DNA of 64,000 nucleotides from Macrostomum lignano (Eukaryota): contig NIVC01000114.1 in the NCBI GenBank assembly GCA_002269645.1, positions 496,001 through 560,000 on the forward strand, given 5' to 3'. Made by a program: the position numbers and the translations under genes. Under the pieces are notes generated by a model. That model was not told where the DNA came from and ran no database searches. It saw only the letters and a list, made by a program, of their open reading frames with translations. Shown piece after piece: positions 48,493 through 60,533 of this stretch (the first letter of the stretch is position 1; each line of letters starts with the position of its first letter).

Positions 48493-51400
48493 TCATTTTG
48501 ATAAGTGATGAGGCTGCTGATTAACAAGAGCCAGTAGCTGGTCCAGCTTCGACTCCATGCCTTTCATTCGCCTCCTTTGTCGATGCATTTTGTCTTCAAT
48601 TTTTTGGTATTGTTCCTTCAGCTCTTTAAGCAGCTTTTGATTGCTGTCGGTATCAGATAATTTTCTGGGCATACGCGGCTCCGGTTCCATGGTACTTGCT
48701 TGGGACAGCGAGTCCTGCTTGCGGTAGCTGCTTTTACTGTGCTGTTTTGCGTCTTCAAGCATCTCCAGCAACTCCGACTTTAAATCCGACAGCTCATTTG
48801 CTGCGTGTGCCTTCACCACGTCAAAATCGTTTCTGTTCCACTGGGTGTCTCGCAGCAGGCGGGAGCGGCACCGACGGAACTGAATGGCCTAGAACTCCAG
48901 GAAACGGTTATATTCTGCAGGGTAGCTTCTTTTGTCCTGCCACCAACAATCCGACGTGTTCGCCTAAAAGTAAAATAAAAAACTTGCAAAGATTTGTTTT
49001 AATTTTATATACAACGGCGGCGAAAATCCAAAAGAGGAAGATAATTAACTCACATTATCGGCGTCGAAATTATTTTCATTGGAAATTGAATTCTTCGCAC
49101 CACAGCCCTTACAACAGTGCGAAAATACGAACTGCAGAATGTTGAAAATGTACTTCAGAAAGCTGAAAGGCGGTGGAATTGTAGTAAGTGTCTGGTACTC
49201 CTGCAGCATCTGAAAGTACCTCTTTCTCCAAATCCCGGTGGCCACGCCATAAATTTGAGTGACTCGCAAGTTGAAGAGCGCGATCAGCAGGTTCATCATA
49301 ACCACATTTACCAGGCCCATGAAAATGAATACTAGCAAATGATAAAACCATTCATAGCCTTCCTTGATGGCAACCTTTCCTAGCTTTGTGCTGTCTGGAG
49401 AATAAGTGAATTCGATCAGGTCGAAGTTGCCGAACAACAAGTTGAACGGCAGGGTGGCAGCCTGAATGAACATTTGCCATCCATTGTACGGATTTCCAAC
49501 GTGAGCTTCAGGATTCCAGGCAAAGGAAAACAACAGACAAGTGAAAAATACGCCAAAGCAACTGAAAATGACAAACAAGATTGTCAAAAATGGCAGCAAG
49601 TCATAAAAAATTAGACTTGACAGCATGTTGATCATTGGTCCGACGGCTTCGAAGTAACTTAGAAGCGAAACTGAGCGAAAGCAGAAAAGAGAAAAGGACG
49701 TGCTCAAAATCATTTGGCTAGGATAGGCGTCCTCCACCTTGAAACCCATCCCATAGTAGAACCACCGTGCGATCAGACCAGCAAGCATTAGCAGAATGGC
49801 CAGTAGGTCAAAAATATTTAGCCAGTCAACCATGTAGGCAGGAACGGACCATACATGTGAACCGATCTTGCAATTTTCTCTTGCTTTGCGTTGTCTCCAG
49901 ATTTCAGTTGCTTCTTGCAAGCCGAAAGAAAGAAGATACGCTACAAGAAGTGCATCAACTTCTGGCAGCGGAAAGCTTCTCTGGAAGTTCAGAATGTACC
50001 AGCCGAAAAATCCAAGGAACACAACGAATGCGACAGTGTGGATCCAGAACTTTGCCTTTGGTGACTCGGGTTTTGAAATTTTCGGCCTGTACGAGAAGCT
50101 GCACAGGCTGGGGCAACAGCTTTGAGAATTCGTTTGCTCCCTTGAACACTCATAAATAGGCTTCCTCCACTCTTCTTTGGTCAAAGAATAGATGCAGTCA
50201 GTGGCAAACAGATCTGGGTTGTCGGCTTGTTTGACAAGGTCAAGCACGCTGCCATATTTTATCTGATCATTGTGTCCATCTGAGACTCGATATGGAAATT
50301 TTGGCCCCGAGGACTTGTTACATTCTGCAGCTGCTCCGTCTTCGCTGCTTAATTGCAGATTTTTCATTTCTCCTCTAATGTACTTGAAGAGCAGCTCGCT
50401 TTCGATGCTGTTAGCGTTAATAAACAGCTCATTCAGCGCGTTCATTGCAATGTTTGTGACTTTCTTCTGCAGTTGAAGCAGCTGCTCATGCTTGCCTTTT
50501 GCCTTGGCTCGCATCTTGATGATTTCGGGACCAAGCTGGATGAGCAAGCTGAGGCAGCACGGAATCAGCTCAAACTGTCGAGTCAGAATCAGATCGGGTA
50601 GGATCTCGTCGCGGTAGAAAAACGCGGCCAAGTCTATCAGTGCCAATTCCGAGATGGCGGCATCAACGTGAGGCATATTCTTGAACATGTTCTGTCGTGA
50701 GAAGGCTTTTCGGATGTCTTCTTCTGTGATCAGGGTTTCGATGAAATATTCTGTAAATTGTGCTTCTGTTGCATTTGTCAGCATGTTTAAGCTAAGAGCA
50801 GCGCGAAATATTTTTTTGGAGTCCATTTCGAGCGCTCTGATCAGAACCATCTTGTCCGTTTTTTGCTTTTTCGTATCAGCGCCCCTTGTAAATTGCTTTT
50901 GTCGCCTTGTAGTTCCATAGTCGTTCGTTATCGACACCAAAGTCGTTCTCGCAGCTTGCCTGTCAGGCAGCGCTAGCGCTCTTTGAGGCGGATCTAGGAG
51001 ACACAATACGTCGACCATTGTGATCTCTTTGTGAGTGGTTGGAACATCAATTAGATCTGAACTCACCTCAGCAGAAGAATTCTGGTCGTTATTGAATCTA
51101 CATGCATCATTGTATCCCCGAACAGCTTGAACAAGGTCGTAGAAATTTCCGTTTTCATAGGCGTAGTCAACGCAAGTCCGTCCTGAATGGGACTCCGACC
51201 AAAGGCTCAGACCACTCCACAGCAGAAAATGAATGTTTTCCTGATGTCCGTAAGCGCAAGCAAAGTGCAAGCATGTCTCTCCATGCTCTGCGTTTTCGCA
51301 AGATTGCGGATTGACTCTCTTCTTGATGAGAATGTCTTTATGAGTTTTTGATACTTTTGCAATCACATCCAGCATTGTCTGCCCGCCTTGAAGACTGCTC

Positions 51401-53202
51401 AACTGCTGTAGATCGTATTGGCCTGAGAAAGTGTGGATGATGTGAGCACCTGTCGCTGAATTAACTAACAGAACCTCAAAGAGCGTTGCTGCTTCTTCTT
51501 TCGACAGCAACTTGCACAGAACTGAAGCATCGAGTTTTGTCGCGTGTAGGCAGTTCAGATTGAGGTTGTTTACAGCTTTCACATCGACTCCCATACTGAC
51601 GAGCAACTTGAATCTATCCAAAATGTGCTGTTCGACTCCATCATAGGTGAGTTGGCTCTGCATCAGCGAATGCAGCAGCGTGTTTCCTGCTTTGTCGACG
51701 AGCTTGAGCTCTTGCTCTTGCTCTTGCTCTGACATCGCTTTTAAGAGATTCTCAATACTGAGCTTTTTAAAATTCTCTTTGGTAGCTTCTGGGTAATTCT
51801 CGGAATCAGCAGAATCGAATACATCGATTGCCAGGTGAAGCACCGATTGATTTTTGTTGTTTCTCTTGCTTATAATCTTGACTAATTGTCTCTCCATTTT
51901 AGTTTCAAATTTTTCAATTAGAAGATTGAACATTTTGGCTTTGTCCTTTCTTTTAGCAGCAATGTGGAGAATTGTGTTGCCGGCTTTGTCGGCAATCAAA
52001 AGGTGGCGAAACTTCTTTATTTTAGCAAGAAGTTCCTTAACAGTTTCCAACTGACAATTTTCAACAGCGTAGTGAAGAACAGTGGATTTGCGCTTGTTTT
52101 GGGCAAGCAAATAGCTGGATTCGTCTGCAAACTTTGCAGATTGAATTCCTGGCAAATCTGTGGATAAAAAACCAGGAGCTTTACTCATGTCTTGCTTTCG
52201 AGGACGTAATCTTTGTGCCTGAACTTGGCGTGCCTCCAAATCTTGGTTCTGGAAAGATTGCTTCTGACTCTGCCTTGACGCAACTTCTACAGCTTTTAGG
52301 AGCACTGCATCTCTTCCTTGGCACTGAGCCAGTACGTGCAGAGAGGTGTTGCCCTGATTGTCTCTCAATTCGCACCAATGAGGCGGTAAATAATACTGCT
52401 CAAGCAGCCTCTTCGCCAACTCCTCGCTACAATGCATCAGTGCCAAGTGTAGAACTGTTTCCTTCTTTCTGTTCGTTGATACTAACCAATTGTTTTGTCT
52501 TTTCATCCATTTCTCTTGCACATATTCGATAGCATCTATTTTGCTTTTGGCTGCAAAGTGTGCTGCCGTATTTCCCGCCGCATCTTTTTCACCAAGGATA
52601 CCACTCGTCTTTGCAATGCAATCTAGAATATTTTTGAGAACGTTTCTGTCTTGGCAATACTGAAGTACGTGATGAAATACAGTTTCATGTCCATTATTTC
52701 TCAACTTCCAGCAAAGTCCGGAAGCCTGGTTATTTACGGTTAGCACCATTGTACAATCTTTTGAGTTTTGAGCAGCCCAGTGGGCGCACGTGTTGCCGTT
52801 GGAGTCTCTCAGTTGATATAAACGGACCGATGGGACGCCTTGAAAGTTTTTCTCCCAAGACTGAGCCGAATGATAGCGGGCTGACAAGTGCAAAGGAGTT
52901 ATTTTGTCAACGTCAGGACTCACAAGACAGGCCATTCCAAACCTCTGAACAATTTCAGCGAGTGCCTCTTCTCCATCTTGATGCATGGCTGCATAGTGAG
53001 CGCCAGTTCTAAGATTGTCATCCATCAGGAGTTGCAGATCCGTACTCTCTTCACTTAAAATTTTACGGACCTTGATAAAGTCATACTTTCTAGCGACAAG
53101 GAGCAACTCTTTGCTCGGATTGTCGTCTACCTGTTCTTCAGTGGCACTTTCGAGCCAACAAAGGTCCCCGTGTGTGCTTTTCTTGTAGTCAGCTTCCGGC
53201 AT
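48493..53202 (-). CDS. Ankyrin-repeat TRP channel with TRPM-like core, paralog 2; premature TAG in last exon (1407 aa to the TAG, 1539 aa if read through or corrected)
   Basis: Exons 53202-49054 and 48963-48493, with a 90-nt phase-0 intron. Colinear with paralog 1. In-frame TAG at 48891-48889 (RFLEF*AIQFRRCR) where paralogs 1 and 3 have Gln. Confidence 0.85.
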
Positions 53203-53292
53203 TCCGAGAAGCTGTGTATACCGTTGAGCAGAAGTGCAGGCCTGAAAATGCACAGAATAAAAAACAGGTTGCTTGTTTATTTTCAACAGCTA

Positions 53293-55427
53293 CACCTTTT
53301 CTCGTTCAATTTCAATAACACAGCAGTTCTTTTTTTAGACAAGACGATATTCTATTTAGACACTCTAGGATTTGGAGCACAGTTCCAAGCATTCAAATTA
53401 GAAAAACTGAAATTCTTTTTAGATTGTCGCTTTGTGAATATTCAGTTTAGACACATACTTAAATTTTAGTTATAAGTTACTGCTTGCAAACAAACTGTCA
53501 TTCAATTTAGACTAGCAACATTCTATTTCGTCACAAGGAAAGGGCTGGACTGGCTAAAAAGGTGTACGAACCTGTGACGTTGCCAGTTCAAGGTGGTCCC
53601 GCAAAAGGGCCGTTGGACTACAATTTCACTACAATTTCTCATTTAAAATTCTCCAGTCTTGTATTCTCACGTTTACTTGTAGTAGCGCCCAGCGAATCTG
53701 TATCAATTGCTAAATCACTGCGTACTTTGTAATCTTTGCGTACGGTTGTAGGGTCTCGCGCGATCGATAATTTCTGTTTCTTGTTTTTCCCCCGCCAGCC
53801 AATGATAACTCTCCGCATATATTATGCTAACCTTCCTGCGCTCCTTTATTAACCCCGCCTGGCGGCGGGCTGGGGGTTTTTCATTCTTTTTCGCTCTTCC
53901 CCTCGTCGCTCGCTTCTTTCTCTCTCCTTAACTCTCGCCACGGCTCCACTCCGTCTGGGCCAGACTTGTTTTTCACATTCTTGCTCCACCTTGTACTGCC
54001 ACGGGCTAACGCCCAATCTCGCCACTACTTGTCTGCTTGTCTACTTGCACTCACTGCCATCACTGTGCTCACCGCCATCACTTACTACGTTGCGTCGCCA
54101 CTGCACCCTTCGTCAACTACTTGACTTCATATTTTCAATTACTTCAACCCGTTGTTGCAGCCGCCAGTGCCCCAGAACGCTATAAGCTTTGTATTGACAT
54201 TAACCATATTAATAACGACAATAAACTAGCTTATGGCAGTCCTCTGCCTTTATACGCCAAGTGCTCCGCTACACAATCCGCTCCGCAAGAATTTGACTCC
54301 CCAATTAATTTGGGACTACAACGACTTAACGTGACAAGTAATTCTCGTCAAAACGGCCCTTTTGAGGGTTACAGTCACCACAACAATAACGTGACAAACC
54401 GAAAAACCTGTTGCTTCTTTCAAATCACCATTTGAATCGTTTTTACCGTTTTTTTATTTAAAAGCAAATGAAAGAGAAAGAGAGAGATAAAGAGAGAGAT
54501 AAAGAGACAGATATACAGAACAAGAATTCTTACATTAGTGCACCAAAGCAAAACACGAATACGCGATGTTGGCGAAGGCGAAAGCAGTAACGAGGCGAAG
54601 AAAAGAAAGAACTGCGCGGAAACACTGCCAACTCAGCAGCGCGGCTGGAGTAAAATACCCCCCCCCGCCGGCGGAGGGGTGGGCGCCCCCTAAACAACAC
54701 AGAACGTACACACGCGTCGGGGGGGGGCGCACCACAGACGCAGCGCGCTTGGGCACTAAAGCCGGTTTGCTCAAGGCAAGCCTAGCGCAAACCGCAGCCG
54801 AATTTCGGAGCAGAACTGCAACATCTGCACGTCAAACTTAGCGTATGTTCTGCCGCCCTTTGATCGCTTTTCTCTTCTTCCCGATCGAACGATGGAATAT
54901 GCCGCAGTTCTTTTGATTCCCATCCTCTCCACCAAGAAAACAAAATCCTCACCAGCTCGATCATCATTGGATATTCTCCTATAGGGCCCTCGTCGGTCTT
55001 GTTCTTCTTCAACCCCTTCTTCTACATCGTCGAGCTCTTCTTCGTCTTCTCCAATGTCTTCGATAATTCGATAATCTCCTCTTCATCTTCTACATGTACC
55101 ACAGCGGCCATCTTTTTCTTATAAAATTTGATAAGTAGATTTTTGTGTGAACTTTTAAAAGTTATCTTTGGGGAAGTTGGGAGAGGTGAGCCTTGTGCTT
55201 GGTGTCTAAAATGAATGCTGGCTGTTTAAATTGAATGTGCCAACACCCATATATGACACTTTTATCCACTTTTATCAGTCTAAACTGAATATTCACTGGC
55301 TAAAAAGAATTTCAGTTTGTCTAATTTGAATGTTTGGAACTGTGCTCCAAACCTTAGAGTGTCTAAATAGAATATCGTCTTGTCTACAAAGAACTGTTGT
55401 GTTGTTGAAATTGAACGAGAAAAGGTG
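53293..55427 (-). mobile_element. Tc1/mariner-superfamily (ITm) element with ~155-bp TIRs and a truncated transposase
   Basis: TA sites at 53291-92 and 55428-29. TIRs CACCTTTTCTCGTTCAATTTC (53293-53452 and 55278-55427). Minus-strand remnant from ATG 55111, with an 8-bp duplication frameshift, then YRRISNDDRA..GEDF..MGIKRTAAYSIVRSGR..KGGRTYAKFD (HTH-like). Confidence 0.8.
53573..54396 (-). mobile_element. Solo LTR (probably Ty3/gypsy) nested in the ITm element
   Basis: TG...CA ends (TGTGACG...CGTGACA), 4-bp TSD AACC at 53569-72 and 54397-400, and AATAAA on the minus strand near 53845. Confidence 0.7.
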
Positions 55428-55514
55428 TAATTTATCAATGAAAATTGTAGGTATTTACATTGTACCATGACCCTTTTGCCCAGCGGGCCAATAATTGTGC
55501 CCGATAATGGTAGA

Positions 55515-55840
55515 TTGCGTAGTAGGTAAGGCTACGCGCACTCGTGTTTGGCCATTATTTCAGCCCCTTACCTACTACGCAACGTCATTGTCTATAAGAC
55601 ACAGCCTGGCCATTATTTCAGCGTGCCGGAAGCGGTCATTATTTCAGGGTAAGAGTCTGCGTGCGTGCGACTGCGTAAAGAGGGCGGTATTTGGGCCATA
55701 GACTATAAATAAAAAAGCTGTTGGGCCATAGACTATAAATGAATAAGCTGATGATAGGCTTGAGCTGACGAGAAGTAGCTGAAATAATGGCCAGTTGAGT
55801 TTGTCATTACGCCAGGCTGTGTCTTCTGGACAATGTCATA
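55515..55840. repeat. Compact inverted-repeat-rich element (MITE-like)
   Basis: Hairpin ttgcgtagtaggtaagg/ccttacctactacgcaa. Three direct copies of ggYcattatttcag plus one inverted copy. Inverted gacacagcctggc/gccaggctgtgtc, and a 30-bp direct duplication gggccatagactataaat. Confidence 0.55.
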
Positions 55841-56177
55841 GACTCGATTAAGGCCCGCTGACTCGAATGGACACATTGGAAAAATAAGTGAAGCATATAT
55901 GTCCATGGTTTAAACTGCAATAAATGCCCGCAAATTCCGGGCGGTTAATAGTACATAATTGCGGGCGTTAATGGGTATTAACACCCATGCTTTGAGCTTT
56001 AACGCCATCAAAGCATGGGTATTAATATACTAATAATTTGAGAAATTCGAGAGCCTGGCTAACAGGTGTCGTACGTGGCTGGAGTCAACAATTTTGAATT
56101 TAATGACTGTGGCCAATCATATTGAGTTGATTTTAGTGCTTTGATGCACTCGTAGATGTACGAGTATATACTCCATA

Positions 56178-56426
56178 GGGGTTGTAGCTTATTGGTTCAC
56201 GACTTGAAGGTCGGGGGTTCGATTCTTTACCTACTCGGAACATTTTGTGTCATTAGCGAAGACACTTAACTCTGCATTGCTTCAGTTAACCCAACTGTAA
56301 AATGGGTGCCAGCATTAGCTGAGACTTTCCAGTCCATGGACTGCACAGCCCTATACAGCCTCAATAGCCGTCTGTTGCATACTTGGCCCAATTGGTGCAG
56401 GTGAAGTCAATTACATTACCATATTA
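56178..56426 (+). mobile_element. CORE-type SINE, copy 3, with TSD
   Basis: Same head and body as the 12442 copy, with a deletion in the head. 11-bp TSD atactccatag at 56168-78 and 56427-37. Confidence 0.85.
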
Positions 56427-57036
56427 ATACTCCATAGCAAAAATACTGTCTGTTTGGTAATTATTGATTTTACAGATAACAGACAAACATGCGAATAAAA
56501 ATCAATCGAAATATTTGAGGAATTCTGTTTTTTGTTTTGTTCAACAGGAGCCACTCCAAAACGTCGACAGGCTTAGTCGCATTCATTTGTTCAGAATTAA
56601 ACAGAACTAATTTGAGAAGTTAATAGACAGTTCTAGACCTTTAGAAATGCTAACTTTCTGAAGAGAAGTTTGTCGAAATTTTACTGGTATACTTATAAAT
56701 TTCGATCAAATCTTCTAGATGACTTTTGTCGATTTTTTCAAATGAATTGTCTATGACAAAAAAAACCTATTCAGCGCTGTACAAATCTTGCAATGGCTGT
56801 ACGAAAAAAAGAAGTTCAGTAGATGATTCAGTGTTTGGAATTTTTAGATAAAGTTCTTTTGCTATAACTAGTCGAAAATGTTCTTTTTCTAGAGCGTCTG
56901 TATAAGGCGCAATATTAAATTGCGTTTGTTGTGGCATAGAGGCAATACTGTACTTAGACAAAATTTTATATTTAACTTTCTATTATATGATGATAAATGT
57001 GGATACAGGTATGAACTTGATGCTTCATTTACTCAC

Positions 57037-57106
57037 CTTCTCAGCCGCTTCAGCTTCAGCGAGTCGTCAAGTCAAGGACCACTAGAAGTCCTTGCGTCAA
57101 GTATTT
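57037..57106 (-). other. Putative non-coding 5'-UTR exon of TRP paralog 2
   Basis: Acceptor atttacag| and donor AAG|gtgagt. Stops in all frames. Its 3' end resembles 43366-43381. Confidence 0.5.
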
Positions 57107-57931
57107 CTGTAAATGAACCGATTTGATGTTATTGGAATTAATGCCGGATTAACACTGCAATGAAATCAATGAAAGTAATGAAATCAAACAAAAGTACACA
57201 ATAAAGATTGGAAAGTTTCGTAGATTTTGCTCATTCTTTTGAGATCAATGGAAACCGGGGGTGCGGAAAGTTTCAGATATTCAAGAGAGGTGGATTAACA
57301 ACTTATTGTAGTAAGAAATATGACTATTACAAGCTGTACGTTTCCAAAATTTATTGAAAGATATCTTACCAAAATAAATGAGAGCGCAGACTGCAGATTC
57401 CAGCTTGCATACCTAGCGCCAGCCACTCGCAATTACAGCTGCCTTGTCTTTTATCGTTTCACCGCGGCACAGGGTGTCGGCTATTATTTTTTTTATAAAA
57501 AAACAATTGTACAGAAGTGCAGGCAAGTGGCGCCATTTTGAATGAAGATGAGTTGCACTGGCGGGCTCTCGACCCTCGAGATATAGAGTCTTAAGTTCGA
57601 TCTCATTTTGCGAAGATGCAGCGCGCCTCTGTAAAAAAACGAACTAAGGGCAGAGGGTAAGATATTTTCTCTACCCTCACACCAGGCAGGTAAAATAGAA
57701 AATGAAGGAATGAAATGAGTACAATTCTAGAAGCATGTTGTTGTGCCACTATGCTTGCTCAAGTCTATCTTATTGATCCTGCAGGTTTAATTAGTTTTGG
57801 CAGTTTTTAACGCTTGCCCAGAAATAGTATAGCTAAAAATAATCTTATTATTAAGTCCCTATTTAAGACCTTTCTAAGTATTTTTCGAAGTTTACTGATT
57901 TTAACAAGCAAAAACGATTTCAACTAAAAAT

Positions 57932-58200
57932 GGGATTATGCCGTAGCCTAGTGGTTAGAGAGTCTGACTACGACTGAAAGGTCGGAGGTTCGATTTTCGA
58001 CCTTTACTCGAAAAAAATTGTGTCCTTGAGAAAAACACTTAACTCTGCATTGCTTCAGTTCACCCAGCTGTAAAATGGGTGCCAGGATTAGCTGGGTTGA
58101 TTGAGGGTGGTGTCTGGCGACCCCCAAGTCCTTGGACTGAACAGCCGCACGCAATAGCTGCGGCTGAGCTGTCGGTTTTATCACCACTCTGATTAACTAT
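57932..58200 (+). mobile_element. CORE-type SINE, copy 4
   Basis: tagcctagtggttagag (A box), ggttcgatt (B box) and tgtgtccttgag...cagctgtaaaatggg...gcaatagctgcggctgagctgtcgg. Confidence 0.85.
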
Positions 58201-58565
58201 TGGATTGAATCTAAGCGCAGGGAAGGAGGGGATAACGCTTCCGACTGCCAGAAAATCCCTCTGAAGGGCCCTGCTTTGACTCAACCCCCGAGACATCAGG
58301 GCATTAACCAGGACCCTATATCAGACCATGGCTGTTTTGCTACGCATCGCTATCTCCAAGAAAAAATCCGTAGCTAGGAATGCCTCATTCATCTATAAAT
58401 GTCCAGCCTCTAATCAGGACTAGACAGGCTCACCTACCTCGGCCAAAACTCGGACCTTTCCGACGTTTCCAGACCCGAAAATTTCTGCCAGCTCGTCCGC
58501 TAACTAAAGGCTACGGGGCAAGCGACCATCCATGGAGTCTAGTAAGTCAAGAGCTGTCGGTTGTA

Positions 58566-60533
58566 CAGTCATGGCCACGGGAAGGAACTGATTTCCCGCG
58601 GGATTTCCACAGGTCATTCCCGCGGGAAACACATTTGATTGGCTCGCTCCACCCACCCCCACCGAGACGCGACCCTCTGTTGTGTCACCCTATTATCACC
58701 CTATTATAGCGCTTGGGGGCACAGTTGGAGTTACAATCCCAGGAATTCAGAACACAATATTTTTTAACTTGCAGACAATGAGACTTCACTGCGGCAATCA
58801 GAATATGCCTTCATCAAGATGCAGCGATGGAAGCAGATTTTGTCCGAGCGAGCACGGCGGCAGCGTGACCAAGACGAACCGACTAGGGGATTTCTCAGTA
58901 TTGGCACTCAGAGTGACAACACTGAACTGCAAGAGCCGTCTGTGAAGAAAAGAAAAGTGGGCGTGACCTCCAGCGACGGGCCATCTGCAACTCAGCGGGC
59001 AGCTAACAAGATAAAAAAACTACGGCATCAGAAGCCAAAAGCAACTGTATTGCGCCGAATTCCTGCAGCTGCCACAGCCGCAACTGAGCCTTCGAGATCC
59101 GCCGCTGCTGATCCAGCTGTTCAACCATTACTTTCACTTAGTGCTAATCACGGAGAGGCCGCCTTTCAGAAGTTGCTGGAAGGAATCGATAAAGTGGTTC
59201 AACTGCATCAAAGCAGCAAATCAAGTCAGAATTCCTTGATCAGCGAAACTGTGTGCTCAGAACTGGCAATAATGAAGGCCGATATTAGTGAGCTCAAGCG
59301 CTCTGTATCTTCGATTGAGCTACACCTAACGCAGATTCTTCAAGCTCTCGAGAAGCCTCCTGTGATGCCATCATACATGCCAAAAAGCCCTGGAAACGCT
59401 GCTGCGCTCTCCACGGGTGCTCCGGTAGCCACTCCAACTCCAAGGCGGCTGAACGGACTCACACATGTTGCAACTACACCTGCAGGCTCGCTGTCAGCTG
59501 GACGGGGCACACCGAAGTCGCTGCAGATAGTAGGCATTGACTACCGCTGCAAGGCACTCTCACAGTTTGATAGCTTTCACGATCTCGTGACTCCAGTTGA
59601 ACTTGACGACCTGACACCTGCCGATCTGCATGCTGTGAAAGTTAAATCTGACTCCGCTGGATCGTTTGCAGCTCAACTGTCACGATTAGCAATTCCTGGT
59701 TACGAAAGGTACAAACCGACAGTTGGACAGCCTCGGCTTCAAGGAAAGCAAAGTTATCCAATCTTCATTCTGCAGCAGATAACGTCAATCACTCTGCAGC
59801 ACTTTCCAACTGCGCGGAAGGATGAAATCAGTGCAGCGATTAATCAAGAGGCGAGAGATCTCTTGAAGCAAGCCAAGAATTGCAACAGCTGCACTTTCTG
59901 TCTGGGCAGGACTCGAAGAAGCGAGAAACATGTATTTGAATGACCTGTTGATTGAAAATGTGCTTCAATCTCACTGACCATGTATACAAAAGGCAGTAAT
60001 ATACCTTATAGGTCCTCTTTTTAGTGGTTATACAGGTATGTAATTACGTTACATGTATGTAATTAATACGCAGTACAAGACTATACGCACATACGCACTA
60101 GAAGTGTTCTGCGCACAGCAATTATTGATACACCTAACTTTTCTGCTATTGATTTGCATGAGTTTTTTCACTAAAAACATGCGCAGTATATCTTGCTTTG
60201 TGGTCTCCTTGAGATGCACTCCAGATGCCATAGTTCACTTTACGCTCGTAATTGAAAACTATAAGATCTTGAAAGAGCAAAATTTTAACTGTTTCATGTA
60301 ATTAGTATATAGTCTAGATTATTGAAAATGACTCACAACTAGCATTGATGATTTCAAAACTATCAGTATACACCCCAACTGCCAGCAAAGCCTTCTCATT
60401 CGCTTAAGACCCCTTTTCATCCAGCGGGAAAGGGTTCGGGCAAAGGGAGAGCTGTAGCAAATAGAAAGCCTTTCCCGCGGGATTCCCGTGGGAGCACCCG
60501 CGGGAAATTAGAGCCTTCCCGTGGCCGGTACTG
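58566..60533. mobile_element. Putative Tc1/mariner-type TIR cassette without transposase, carrying a BEN-domain ORF
   Basis: TA-CAGT...ACTG-TA ends. About 64-bp imperfect TIRs (31 of the first 37 nt identical), each with two CCCGCGGG palindromes. Confidence 0.6.
58819..59943 (+). CDS. BEN-solo-like protein (basic NLS, coiled coil, C-terminal BEN domain), 374 aa
   Basis: Uninterrupted ORF. VKKRKV; heptad segment ELAIMKADISELKRSVSSIELHLTQILQALE; C-terminal SDSAGSFAAQLSRLAIP...GKQSYPIFILQQI....HFP....EISAAINQEAR aligns by eye with BEND3-type BEN repeats. An upstream in-frame acceptor ttgcag (~58774) may extend the N-terminus. Confidence 0.75.
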   Translation: MQRWKQILSERARRQRDQDEPTRGFLSIGTQSDNTELQEPSVKKRKVGVTSSDGPSATQRAANKIKKLRHQKPKATVLRRIPAAATAATEPSRSAAADPAVQPLLSLSANHGEAAFQKLLEGIDKVVQLHQSSKSSQNSLISETVCSELAIMKADISELKRSVSSIELHLTQILQALEKPPVMPSYMPKSPGNAAALSTGAPVATPTPRRLNGLTHVATTPAGSLSAGRGTPKSLQIVGIDYRCKALSQFDSFHDLVTPVELDDLTPADLHAVKVKSDSAGSFAAQLSRLAIPGYERYKPTVGQPRLQGKQSYPIFILQQITSITLQHFPTARKDEISAAINQEARDLLKQAKNCNSCTFCLGRTRRSEKHVFE

